DNA of 23,650 nucleotides from Candidatus Heimdallarchaeota archaeon (GTDB taxonomy: Archaea > Asgardarchaeota > Heimdallarchaeia > Hodarchaeales > Hodarchaeaceae): assembly GCA_048881705.1 (NCBI GenBank), contig JBHLSH010000061.1, positions 1 to 23,650 on the forward strand, given 5' to 3'. This document shows positions 9,847 to 18,160 of this stretch, piece by piece. The translations under genes were made by a program, and so were the position numbers. The notes beneath the pieces are model-generated. The model saw only the letters and a program-made list of their open reading frames with translations, did no database searches and was not told the DNA's origin. How positions within the stretch are numbered: the first letter of the stretch is position 1; each line of letters begins with the position of its first letter.

Positions 9847-12800
9847 CTATTTGCGGTTTTTTCGCAGACTTTCCAGAACGATTTGCTGATGGCTAATATT
9901 GAGTCCAAAGCAAAGAACGGATAGAATGTCAACAGAATCGCCCAGTATATCTGTTCTCTTGTTTAGGATTTGAATTCGAGAGCTAACATTTTGATAACTT
10001 TCATGGACCTTCAGATTCTCCGCCTCTGAAATATAATAGCTCCTTTGGATCGTTTTTCTTATTTCGGGCCATTTTTTAATACCAACGACTTCCATTAATC
10101 TTATAGAAGCTTCTCTCTCTATTAATTTTGTTTCATATGCCGCTTCGGTTTGAAAATGGGTTTGAAGACGTTCGACAAACCCTTGTTGCAACTCTTGAAC
10201 CTTAATCTTCATCTTTATGATGTTTTGAACCGTGATCGCTACTGCATCATGGTAACCATGATCTTCATGAGCTTCCATATATAGATTAATCCCTTTTTGA
10301 ATGCTTTTTACAATTTCATTCTTCAGGCCTGATCTTGGAGGCCCATCGAAAGCCAATATTGCATCAATTGATTTCTTGACGTAATTTCTAAACTGTTGTA
10401 GTTTCGATTTTGGAGTATCGAATTTTATGACAGGAATCGGTATCTTCGATGAATAAGGGAAATCCATGACTCGAGAAGTTTCCGTCGTTTTGCTAAATAG
10501 GACATTTGCGAGATAGAAAGACGGAATAGGGCTATTTATAATTCCACAGAGGAAATGCAAGGAATATAGAGAGTTTTTAGGCAAGATAATATTAACTAGT
10601 TTTTCAGTTGTGCATAAATCTCCATTCGGATCTACATAAGCTACTAGACGGTTTCCACGCAACACTTTGAGGAAAAGACGCCTTTTAAGAATTTTATCAG
10701 CCCGCTTACGTAATCGAAGATGACGATCAGACGAAAGATCTAATAGGTGGTACCTGATAATTTGGTAGGATTTTACATGAGGAACGCGGTCAATCCAGAC
10801 ATATTGCCCGTCAGTTTTCGTTCGGAGGAGTGATTTTAACGAATAGGTGAGATCGGTAATTACGGTCCTTTTAACTTTATTAGGAATATACATACCTCGA
10901 AATATACATCGTTTGGATCCAATGATCTCCCCCAATGGAACAGACGAAAGGGATATCCGTTTAACTACATCCAGTTCATTGGATGACATCCCCCGAAAAA
11001 GCAGGACCTCATTTTTATGATAGAAATCTGAGGGTATTGAATGATCGGCGCGAATTACTTTTCGAAGCGCTAATCTGTTGTTGGGATGTGCTACCGCAAT
11101 TTCAACCTGTTTTTTTGGCTTTTGATATTCGGTCAATCCTCCAATCAGGCCAATTGTTTCAAAATTGACATTAGCAAATGATAAACCTATATCCAGAACA
11201 TTTCGAATTCGAGTTTTACTTAACAATACCGCTCGAACATCCCTCCATTGCGAATAGAAAGCGAAACTTTTCGGAAGGATAAGCCCGAACCGCTTTGAAA
11301 TCGTTAGAATAAAAACCAAGAAATATGCTGCAGAGTCTTTATGAGTTCTATACAAGTTTTTATAATATTTCTTAAGTTTTGGTGGTATATATGCACCATA
11401 TGGAGGATTGGTGATGACTAAGTCAAATCCTTGATCCAGAGCTGATGAATTATCATCCCAGTCCCAAAATTCTGCATCAGTATGAAAATATTGGAGGTTC
11501 TTTGCTTCGTTCATCACTTCCTTAAGCAATGGGGTTGGCGACTCCAATTTACTCCCCTTTAGAAGGGACAATATGCTTTCAATTACTCTTCCCTGAAGTG
11601 ATATATCATTTAGAGCACAGTGAATCCTTGTCCATTGACAAATATCGAACACGAGTTTCATAATTTCCCTATTGCCTTGTCGCAGCATGGAATATACCAG
11701 ATCATCCTTAATCCTGATCCTAGACAGAAATTGCCGAACATCACACCAGCGTACCCCCAAAAGGGGATTTCCAACACAGATCCGATTGTCCAAATATGAG
11801 TAGTCCATTGGATGCGCTGATGACGTTATCCAAAGCGAAAACTTGGTTATGTCCACCGCAATCGGATCAAGATCAATTCCGTAGAGGCAATGTTTTAGAA
11901 TCAACCACTCAAAATGGTCTCTGGAACTCCTCAAATTGTGACTGACGAGAGGTTCAAATCTATATTCTTGACCCATGAGTCCATAAAATGTACTGAATAT
12001 CTGCCTTGCCCATTTCTTAAGAACATTGAACGTTTCGAGTAAAAACAGTCCCGTTCCAACAGCTGGATCAAGGATTTTAAGTTCAAGCAATTTGGCTAGC
12101 GGATCAATTTCACGGAGTTTCTTTATCTTCTCCTCATAGCCATCTTCTGTATTAGACTGAAGAATTTCAATTTCAGACTGAAAATTCTGGTTGATTCGCA
12201 TTAAAATATCATTAAGGGCATTATTAGTCAGGTACTGAACGGCATACCTAGGAGAGTAGTAGGATCCTGAAAATTTTTGATTATCCTTTCTTCCTTCGGC
12301 TGAAGTTAATGTCAGTCCCTTGGAATTATTTGAGATGTTATATTGAAGGGTTAGCTCATAGATTTCACCAAGGAAAGCCGGAGGTAGTGTGCTGTAGTTT
12401 ATCCAGACAGAAACATCATCGGATACTGCGAATCTAGAGAGAGAATCGATCAATCTTGCCATGGAATGATCAGAAATTTGAGCTTGATCTATGAATACGT
12501 CATGTTTAATGTTGAAGATCCAGCTTTTCCATGGGATTCCGTGGCTAGAAGAAGAGGGTAATCTTAATCTTTGACAAAGCTCCTGAAATGATTTGAACAA
12601 ATTATAAATGGAGTCACCAAATGATTTATGATCCTCATATGCATTTTCGATCCTTTTTCTCAAAACAACGTATTGGGGGTATTCAGAATTGATCTGTACT
12701 GAAAAGCGATCCTCGACAATCATTATAATGATGAGGCGCAAAATGAATATAACCGCGATATTGTAGATTTTGTGCAATTTATTCGAAAAGTGATCTTTTC

Positions 12801-12912
12801 CATTTTTATAGAACTCGTCAATCAAAATAGGTAATGATTCCTCAATAATTGTTGTCTTTAGGTGCAAAATGATTTCATTGGTTTTTTGAGGAGAATTTTT
12901 CATTGTTCTCAT
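9847..12912 (-). CDS. Type IIG/Eco57I-like N6-adenine DNA methyltransferase, no recognisable N-terminal nuclease domain
   Basis: Motifs GSYYSP (motif X), ILDPAVGTGLFL (SAM binding), LYGIDLD and DLVITNPPYG (catalytic). A TaqI_C-like specificity region follows (FLCGIINS...IPIP) with a helical tail. Confidence 0.85.
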   Translation of the reverse strand: MRTMKNSPQKTNEIILHLKTTIIEESLPILIDEFYKNGKDHFSNKLHKIYNIAVIFILRLIIIMIVEDRFSVQINSEYPQYVVLRKRIENAYEDHKSFGDSIYNLFKSFQELCQRLRLPSSSSHGIPWKSWIFNIKHDVFIDQAQISDHSMARLIDSLSRFAVSDDVSVWINYSTLPPAFLGEIYELTLQYNISNNSKGLTLTSAEGRKDNQKFSGSYYSPRYAVQYLTNNALNDILMRINQNFQSEIEILQSNTEDGYEEKIKKLREIDPLAKLLELKILDPAVGTGLFLLETFNVLKKWARQIFSTFYGLMGQEYRFEPLVSHNLRSSRDHFEWLILKHCLYGIDLDPIAVDITKFSLWITSSAHPMDYSYLDNRICVGNPLLGVRWCDVRQFLSRIRIKDDLVYSMLRQGNREIMKLVFDICQWTRIHCALNDISLQGRVIESILSLLKGSKLESPTPLLKEVMNEAKNLQYFHTDAEFWDWDDNSSALDQGFDLVITNPPYGAYIPPKLKKYYKNLYRTHKDSAAYFLVFILTISKRFGLILPKSFAFYSQWRDVRAVLLSKTRIRNVLDIGLSFANVNFETIGLIGGLTEYQKPKKQVEIAVAHPNNRLALRKVIRADHSIPSDFYHKNEVLLFRGMSSNELDVVKRISLSSVPLGEIIGSKRCIFRGMYIPNKVKRTVITDLTYSLKSLLRTKTDGQYVWIDRVPHVKSYQIIRYHLLDLSSDRHLRLRKRADKILKRRLFLKVLRGNRLVAYVDPNGDLCTTEKLVNIILPKNSLYSLHFLCGIINSPIPSFYLANVLFSKTTETSRVMDFPYSSKIPIPVIKFDTPKSKLQQFRNYVKKSIDAILAFDGPPRSGLKNEIVKSIQKGINLYMEAHEDHGYHDAVAITVQNIIKMKIKVQELQQGFVERLQTHFQTEAAYETKLIEREASIRLMEVVGIKKWPEIRKTIQRSYYISEAENLKVHESYQNVSSRIQILNKRTDILGDSVDILSVLCFGLNISHQQIVLESLRKNRK

Positions 12913-13440
12913 TGTATCCCATAAGTAATATTATGTATTCATCATGCGTTGGACGTGATAAAGCCCATAAGGCATATTTTATTTTAAATTGAGTGCCTCT
13001 CCTATAGCTTCCTTTCAGATGGATTAATACCTGATCAAAATACCCCTTAATACCAACCTTTTGTTATACAAGCCACCTAAGTTTTTTTAATGGGTTCTAA
13101 CGAAGAAAATCTTCTTGAAATAGTATATAAGCCAAGTTAGCTTCATGGATCACGTAATTATGACTTCGTGGTTTATTATCGGCTCTAAATCGGCGACTTT
13201 TCCTGAATAACTTGGCTTCAGTATGTCAGTATTGCTCACACCTATTCTATTTTTACCTGGCGGCCCAAGTTCCGATTTCCATCGAAATCCCAAAATCGAT
13301 TTTCCTGACTCCTTTTCTAATATCTAAGAAAATAGAATTAAGTCCGGAAATAATTATGTCAGCAGAAGTAAACCTCTCTTAACTTTTTCAGTGGATAGCA
13401 TACTTCATGTGTATTGGGGAGAGGACGTGATTAGAAACTA

Positions 13441-13525
13441 AAACCTTTTAAACAGAATGATTTTTGTCGCGAGCTGTAATCACCCTATCAGAAACTTAAA
13501 AATATACCATAAGGAGAAAAGGTGA
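13441..13525 (+). promoter_or_regulatory. BRE/TATA-like promoter and SD site of the histone gene
   Basis: AAACC-TTTTAAAC at 13441-13453; GGTGA at 13521-13525, 5 nt before ATG 13531. Confidence 0.5.
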
Positions 13526-13530
13526 GAACC

Positions 13531-13962
13531 ATGGCAAATACATTTGCAAAAGCTAGAGTAGAATCGATTGTTAAAGCTGCTGGAGCTGAACGTATTTCAG
13601 CAAAAGCTATCATGCGTTTAGACGACCTTACATCGGAATTCGGTACTAATGTATCCAAAACCGCAATTAATCTCGCACAAACGGCTGGTCGTAAAACCGT
13701 GCAAGCTGAAGATATTAAGTTAGCTGTAAATAAGACGGGCGCACCCAAAAGTTCCCCAACGGACCCGAAATCGCGTGCATTTGCGAAAGCAAGAGTAGAA
13801 CGAGTTATCCGAGAAGCCGGTGCTTCTCGAGTTTCGGGTGATGCCGTAGAGTACCTCAACAAACAGCTCGAGGCTTACTGCTATACATTGGCCAAATCAG
13901 CAATTGAAATTGCACGTCACGCCAAGCGTAAGACGGTTAAAGACACCGACATTATGGTTTAG
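13531..13962 (+). CDS. Archaeal histone doublet (two tandem HMf-type histone folds, 143 aa)
   Basis: Two repeats, FAKARVESIVKAAGAERIS...AGRKTVQAEDI and FAKARVERVIREAGASRVS...HAKRKTVKDTDI, each match HMfB (IIKDAGAERVS...RHAGRKTIKAEDI). They are joined by a ~15-aa linker. ATG 13531 is preferred over GTG 13522 because of the SD site. Confidence 0.95.
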   Translation: MANTFAKARVESIVKAAGAERISAKAIMRLDDLTSEFGTNVSKTAINLAQTAGRKTVQAEDIKLAVNKTGAPKSSPTDPKSRAFAKARVERVIREAGASRVSGDAVEYLNKQLEAYCYTLAKSAIEIARHAKRKTVKDTDIMV

Positions 13963-14002
13963 TTTCATTCTATTGAAACTAAAACGTAGATATTTCAGTA
14001 AT

Positions 14003-14024
14003 TCTTCCCTTTCTTTTCTTTTTT
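14003..14024 (+). terminator. Oligo-T archaeal terminator after the histone gene
   Basis: Pyrimidine tract TCTTCCCTTTCTTTTCTTTTTT starts about 40 nt after the TAG at 13962. Confidence 0.6.
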
Positions 14025-14115
14025 ATCATCACGACGAATTCTTCTGATTAGGTACATTTCTAATTTCCCCTAGCCGCAAGAGGATTTTGAAATCGTCTCC
14101 AACTTAGCGAATGAA

Positions 14116-16044
14116 GTGAATTCGGCTCAGAAACGGAAATCACTGGGCCAATATAGCACTCCAGATCTTATAACTTCTTATATGGTCACACGAACGCTAG
14201 ATCTATGGTACAAAACGGAAAATAACACCAGATCATTAACAACCGTTCGTATTCTTGATCCTGCGTGCGGAACGGGATCTTTTCTCGCACAGGCCCTGAA
14301 ACATCTGCTTACAATATATCAAAAGGAATTTCCCGAAGAAGAAGATCCTCGTTTTTTAAAAAGAAAGATAATTGCCAATAATCTATATGGTATTGATATT
14401 GATCCATTAGTGATAAACAAAACTCAGATGGAGGTTGCCGAGGGGTACAAAGGAAATGTGAAGCTCTTTGACGCACTCATGCCTCCACCCGGTTTCAGGA
14501 TGAAGGCTTATTCCCCCCCGAAGACCAAACATCTTAGAAATGAATATAGGAATTTGTTTATAACAAAATCAGATGACAAAAGGTTAGAAAAGCTCATTAA
14601 AGAGATTTCACAACTGGAAACGACAACTAGCAACCAGGTTATGGCAGAAATCGCTTCTGTGTTCGGTAAGATTCCTGATATGTCACCTCCCATGCGCTGG
14701 GAGGCCGTGTTTCCTGAAACAAATGGCAAGTTCTCAATCATTTTAGGGAATCCCCCATGGGGTGGAATATTACCCTATCCACGCCAGTTTCTAGAACTGT
14801 ATGAAGTTGGATTGAAGCAAGTTGATACATGGAGCCTTTTTCTGGAGAGAAGTATTCTTGCTTTAGAAGAGGGCGGCATGCTAGGATTTGTGCTCCCTAA
14901 TACCCTGCTGCTCAATGAAAACTATTTTGAAGTCCGTCAGCTTATACTTGAGAAGTGTCTAATCCATGAAATAGTAAATCTCGGAGAAAGGATTTTTCCC
15001 AATGTCACCCAACCTAGTATGATGATCATCCTTCAAAGACACCCTATTAAAACTCTTGAAAGACCAATTGAGACTCAAATTGTAAACCAAATTCCTAATA
15101 ACATGAGGAAAAGACTACAAAATGAGGAGGCATCTCTATTCGACCTCCCATATCTAACCTGTCCCCAGGAATATTTCCACGGGGGAAAATACCTGCATTT
15201 TGATATATTCTCTGTCGGCCATGAGAAGTTCATCAAATCTATGGAAAGCGATTCTCGGTCAAAAAAAATTTCGACAAAACCCTTGGGGGATCTTGTTATC
15301 AATGGGAGAGGGGTCGAAATAAATCACGAAGGAAAAATAGTACTTTGTAAGAGCTGTGGAATGTGGAATTCTCCAATAACTAGCCGCTCGGGCCCAGGAA
15401 TCAAAAAGTGCGCTCACTGCAATGACAATATTACCGAAAAAAATCCAAAGGATCATATAGTTTATGATACGCCACAAGAGAACACAGCACCTTTTCTTAC
15501 TGGACGGGATATTCATAGGTACCTAATACGTCCTCCCAAATACATTGACCTTACGAGACCTGGAATTCAATACAAACAACCTGGATTATTTGAGGGAGAG
15601 AAACTCCTTCTGCGAAAAACGGGAAATAAAATCAATCTGGCGTTGGATACTCGAAATCATTGGGTAAATCAGGTTGTCTACATTTTCAAACTCCGAGAAG
15701 GGGCGCCAATATCATTAGAATTTCTTTTGGGGGTACTTAATTCGAAATTGATGCAGAAGTACTACAATTATAAGTATGGAGATCCCTATCGCAGGGAGTT
15801 TCCTCATTTTACTCAAGGAAAATTCTTGCAACTTCCCATTAAACTTCCTCATTCGACTGAAGAGTATACCATGGCCCGTAGAATAGGAAAACTAGCCAAA
15901 TCGTTGCAGGAACTGTCGCAGAGCGTCGAATCTAACAATTTTCAATCCCAATTATCGATAGAAGTTCGGTCACTTTTCAGCTCGCGTGATGCGGATCTTG
16001 AAGAATTAGTACTTTCCTATTATAATATGGAAAATGAATCTTAA
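14116..16044 (+). CDS. TaqI/Eco57I-like N6-adenine DNA methyltransferase with zinc-ribbon insertion
   Basis: Motifs GQYSTP, ILDPACGTGSFL, LYGIDID and IILGNPPWG, plus LGFVLP and a TaqI_C-like tail (KLLLRKT...FLLGVLNS...QLPI). A CKSC-x17-CAHC insertion lies at 15346-15420. GTG start; an in-frame TAG sits at 14071. Confidence 0.85.
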   Translation: MNSAQKRKSLGQYSTPDLITSYMVTRTLDLWYKTENNTRSLTTVRILDPACGTGSFLAQALKHLLTIYQKEFPEEEDPRFLKRKIIANNLYGIDIDPLVINKTQMEVAEGYKGNVKLFDALMPPPGFRMKAYSPPKTKHLRNEYRNLFITKSDDKRLEKLIKEISQLETTTSNQVMAEIASVFGKIPDMSPPMRWEAVFPETNGKFSIILGNPPWGGILPYPRQFLELYEVGLKQVDTWSLFLERSILALEEGGMLGFVLPNTLLLNENYFEVRQLILEKCLIHEIVNLGERIFPNVTQPSMMIILQRHPIKTLERPIETQIVNQIPNNMRKRLQNEEASLFDLPYLTCPQEYFHGGKYLHFDIFSVGHEKFIKSMESDSRSKKISTKPLGDLVINGRGVEINHEGKIVLCKSCGMWNSPITSRSGPGIKKCAHCNDNITEKNPKDHIVYDTPQENTAPFLTGRDIHRYLIRPPKYIDLTRPGIQYKQPGLFEGEKLLLRKTGNKINLALDTRNHWVNQVVYIFKLREGAPISLEFLLGVLNSKLMQKYYNYKYGDPYRREFPHFTQGKFLQLPIKLPHSTEEYTMARRIGKLAKSLQELSQSVESNNFQSQLSIEVRSLFSSRDADLEELVLSYYNMENES

Positions 16045-16100
16045 TGGAATGCTTTCTACTGGTAAATAGGTAATAATCCTGTGACGAAAAGTATTCAAGT

Positions 16101-16114
16101 AATAAATTTATAAG
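16101..16114 (+). promoter_or_regulatory. TATA-like box upstream of the zinc-finger microprotein
   Basis: AATAAA-TTTATAAG, about 65 nt before ATG 16180. Confidence 0.4.
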
Positions 16115-16179
16115 AGAGGAAGTCCATTTGAACACCAGAGGGAAATTAACCCATAAAAACAAGATGATTTCATTTGAAC

Positions 16180-16317
16180 ATGCTTGGTCCGTGTAAAAAG
16201 TGTGGAAAACTCATGCGGAGGCCACACCCTTCCGGTACATGCAAAGAATGTCGTAAAAAGGAGTCATCACGGTTTCCTGGAACTCCAGATCTCCCCGAAC
16301 CTTTACGATATGAATAA
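16180..16317 (+). CDS. 45-aa CxxC-x12-CxxC zinc-finger microprotein (not in the supplied ORF track)
   Basis: ATG 16180 to TAA 16317 reads MLGPCKKCGKLMRRPHPSGTCKECRKKESSRFPGTPDLPEPLRYE. It has two Cys knuckles, sits in an intergenic gap and has an upstream TATA-like box. Confidence 0.7.
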   Translation: MLGPCKKCGKLMRRPHPSGTCKECRKKESSRFPGTPDLPEPLRYE

Positions 16318-16467
16318 ATTGAGAGATCGGTCATTTTCTCATTTGTTCGGCCTTAATGCTACCGACTCAAGTTTTTATTGTATGAATATACACACGGCCC
16401 CAACGTTGTAAAGAATCGTAACGTTTATCTGTTAATACGATAAGGATGAAATCCATGGTGTTTTACA

Positions 16468-17805
16468 GTGACTCGTGATCTATTCAAGCAATATGACCAT
16501 ATAGAGGAAGCTCTACAAGAAGGTATAGACCCTGAAGAATATATAATTGGTACTTACATGGTTCAGCTTGGCCCACGTATGGATCCGTGGTATTTGGGAC
16601 GTGCCGCCGCCATGGAACAGTCCACTGGTACATGGGTACCAGTTCCTGCTAATACCCCAGAATTGAGAGCCAAGTACGGGGCCAAGGTGGTCGGAGTTTA
16701 CGAAGTTCCCTCATATGAGTTTGAAATCCCGAAAAAGGTGGAGAGAAGAAATTACATTTATCAGATCGCTTTTCCAATGATCAATCAAACCGATCAAATC
16801 GGTCTAATGTTGACCGCAACGATTGGAAACATCTCAATGGGAGGTAGGCTCAAGTTACTAGACCTTCGTTTTCCAAAAAAGTGGATTAAATTATTTAAGG
16901 GACCAAAATTCGGAATTGGCGGTTTACGGAAACTTCTCAAAGTTCCTACGAGACCTCTCTTGAATAACATGATTAAGCCATGCAGTGGATGGACCCCAGA
17001 AGTTGGTGCGGATCTTTTCTATAACGCCGCTTTGGGCGGTTGCGATGTCGTTAAAGATGATGAATTAATCGCAGATATGGATTACAATCGTCTTGCGGAC
17101 CGCGTCCCCCTGTTCATGGAAAAAGTAGACCAAGTACGAGAGGAAACGGGCGAGGAAACTCTTTACACCGCGAATATCACGGATAAATTAACCAAGCTAA
17201 AGGAAAATGCGCTGGTCGTTCAGGAAGCGGGCGGAAATGCCCTAATGGTGAATTATCTGGTGATTGGATTTCCCGCCTTACGTATGTTAGCAGAAGATCC
17301 GGAAATAAAATTGCCCATATTGGGGCATATGGATTTTGCGGGTGCCTTTTACGAGAGTCCTTACTCGGGTGTATCGAGTTTTTTGATTATGGGTAAGCTT
17401 GCTCGCCTTGCAGGGGCCGATATTGTCGTATATCCTGCTCCTTATGGAAAGGCTCCGTTTTTGAAGGAAAAGTATGTTGGGATCGCTCGAGCTCTTCGAT
17501 ATCGTATGCATGGTCTAAAGCCAACTCTACCCATGCCCTCTGGCGGCATAACGCCCGGCATGGTACTTAGAGTGATGAAGGATCTTGGATTTGACGTGAT
17601 GATCGGATCTGGTGGGGGCATTCACGCTCACCCAAATGGCCCAGTAGCGGGTGCAAGGGCATTTCGCCAAGCCATTGACATAGGCATGGCTGAACTGGAC
17701 ACTGCAATGGAAGATTTCGAAGATTACGTTGAAGAGCATGAGGAAGAATACCCAGAACTAAGTGTTGCTATGGAGACATGGGGAGTTTCCGATACACGTT
17801 TGTAA
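16468..17805 (+). CDS. RuBisCO-like protein (form IV RLP)
   Basis: Motifs MEQSTGTW, IGNIS, IKPCSG, VKDDE (carbamylated Lys), GHMDF, PYGK, MPSGG and GGGIHAHPNG. Residues equivalent to RbcL K177, R295 and H327 are replaced. GTG start with GGTG 7 nt upstream. Confidence 0.92.
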   Translation: MTRDLFKQYDHIEEALQEGIDPEEYIIGTYMVQLGPRMDPWYLGRAAAMEQSTGTWVPVPANTPELRAKYGAKVVGVYEVPSYEFEIPKKVERRNYIYQIAFPMINQTDQIGLMLTATIGNISMGGRLKLLDLRFPKKWIKLFKGPKFGIGGLRKLLKVPTRPLLNNMIKPCSGWTPEVGADLFYNAALGGCDVVKDDELIADMDYNRLADRVPLFMEKVDQVREETGEETLYTANITDKLTKLKENALVVQEAGGNALMVNYLVIGFPALRMLAEDPEIKLPILGHMDFAGAFYESPYSGVSSFLIMGKLARLAGADIVVYPAPYGKAPFLKEKYVGIARALRYRMHGLKPTLPMPSGGITPGMVLRVMKDLGFDVMIGSGGGIHAHPNGPVAGARAFRQAIDIGMAELDTAMEDFEDYVEEHEEEYPELSVAMETWGVSDTRL

Positions 17806-17833
17806 GCCCCAGACGATCTGGAAACTCCTCCTC

Positions 17834-18160
17834 TTATTTTCCGCCTGCTGCTGGAGGAAAAATGGCAAGAATATCTTTATCGGCGAGTTTACTTTCCGTT
17901 CCTTTTATAAACTTAATGTTCCTGCCATTTAGTAGAATTACGATTGAATCTTGCAGATTTTCGTGCTCCTTATCCTGAAAAACTTCGTTACTTATTTTGG
18001 GATAGGTCTGGCAAAGCGCCTGTAGTAACGAAAGCACTGTCGTATCAGGATCAATCTCTTTTTCAACTTCTTTGACCCCAGCCAATTTTCTGAACGAGGC
18101 AAAAAACTTAATTATGACCTTTGCCGGTTCCTGTTTGGCATCGTCCATTTTTTCGTTCAA
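17834..18160 (-). CDS. moaD: Archaeal MoaD/SAMP ubiquitin-like (beta-grasp) protein ending GG-K
   Basis: VIIKFFASFRKLAG...LLNGRNI...DILAIFPPAAGG matches SAMP1/archaeal MoaD. The 3' end reads GGC GGA AAA TAA. TTG 18160 overlaps the upstream stop (TTGA); ATG 18148 is an alternative start. Confidence 0.9.
   Translation of the reverse strand: MNEKMDDAKQEPAKVIIKFFASFRKLAGVKEVEKEIDPDTTVLSLLQALCQTYPKISNEVFQDKEHENLQDSIVILLNGRNIKFIKGTESKLADKDILAIFPPAAGGK

Noticed and set aside
13488-13862. 124-aa ORF antisense to the histone gene
   Set aside because: It is a shadow of the histone's biased codons. The sense strand has the SD site, terminator and clear homology.
9847-16044. BREX (PglX) or DISARM defence system
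   Set aside because: No brxA/B/C, pglZ, brxL, drm helicase or PLD nuclease genes flank either methyltransferase.
16184-16411. 75-aa plus-strand ORF from the track
   Set aside because: It has no recognisable features and overlaps the zinc-finger ORF 16180..16317 in another frame, which has a better start and clear Cys motifs.
16468-17805. Bona fide carboxylating RuBisCO (form III rbcL)
   Set aside because: K177, R295 and H327 equivalents are substituted, which is the form IV pattern.
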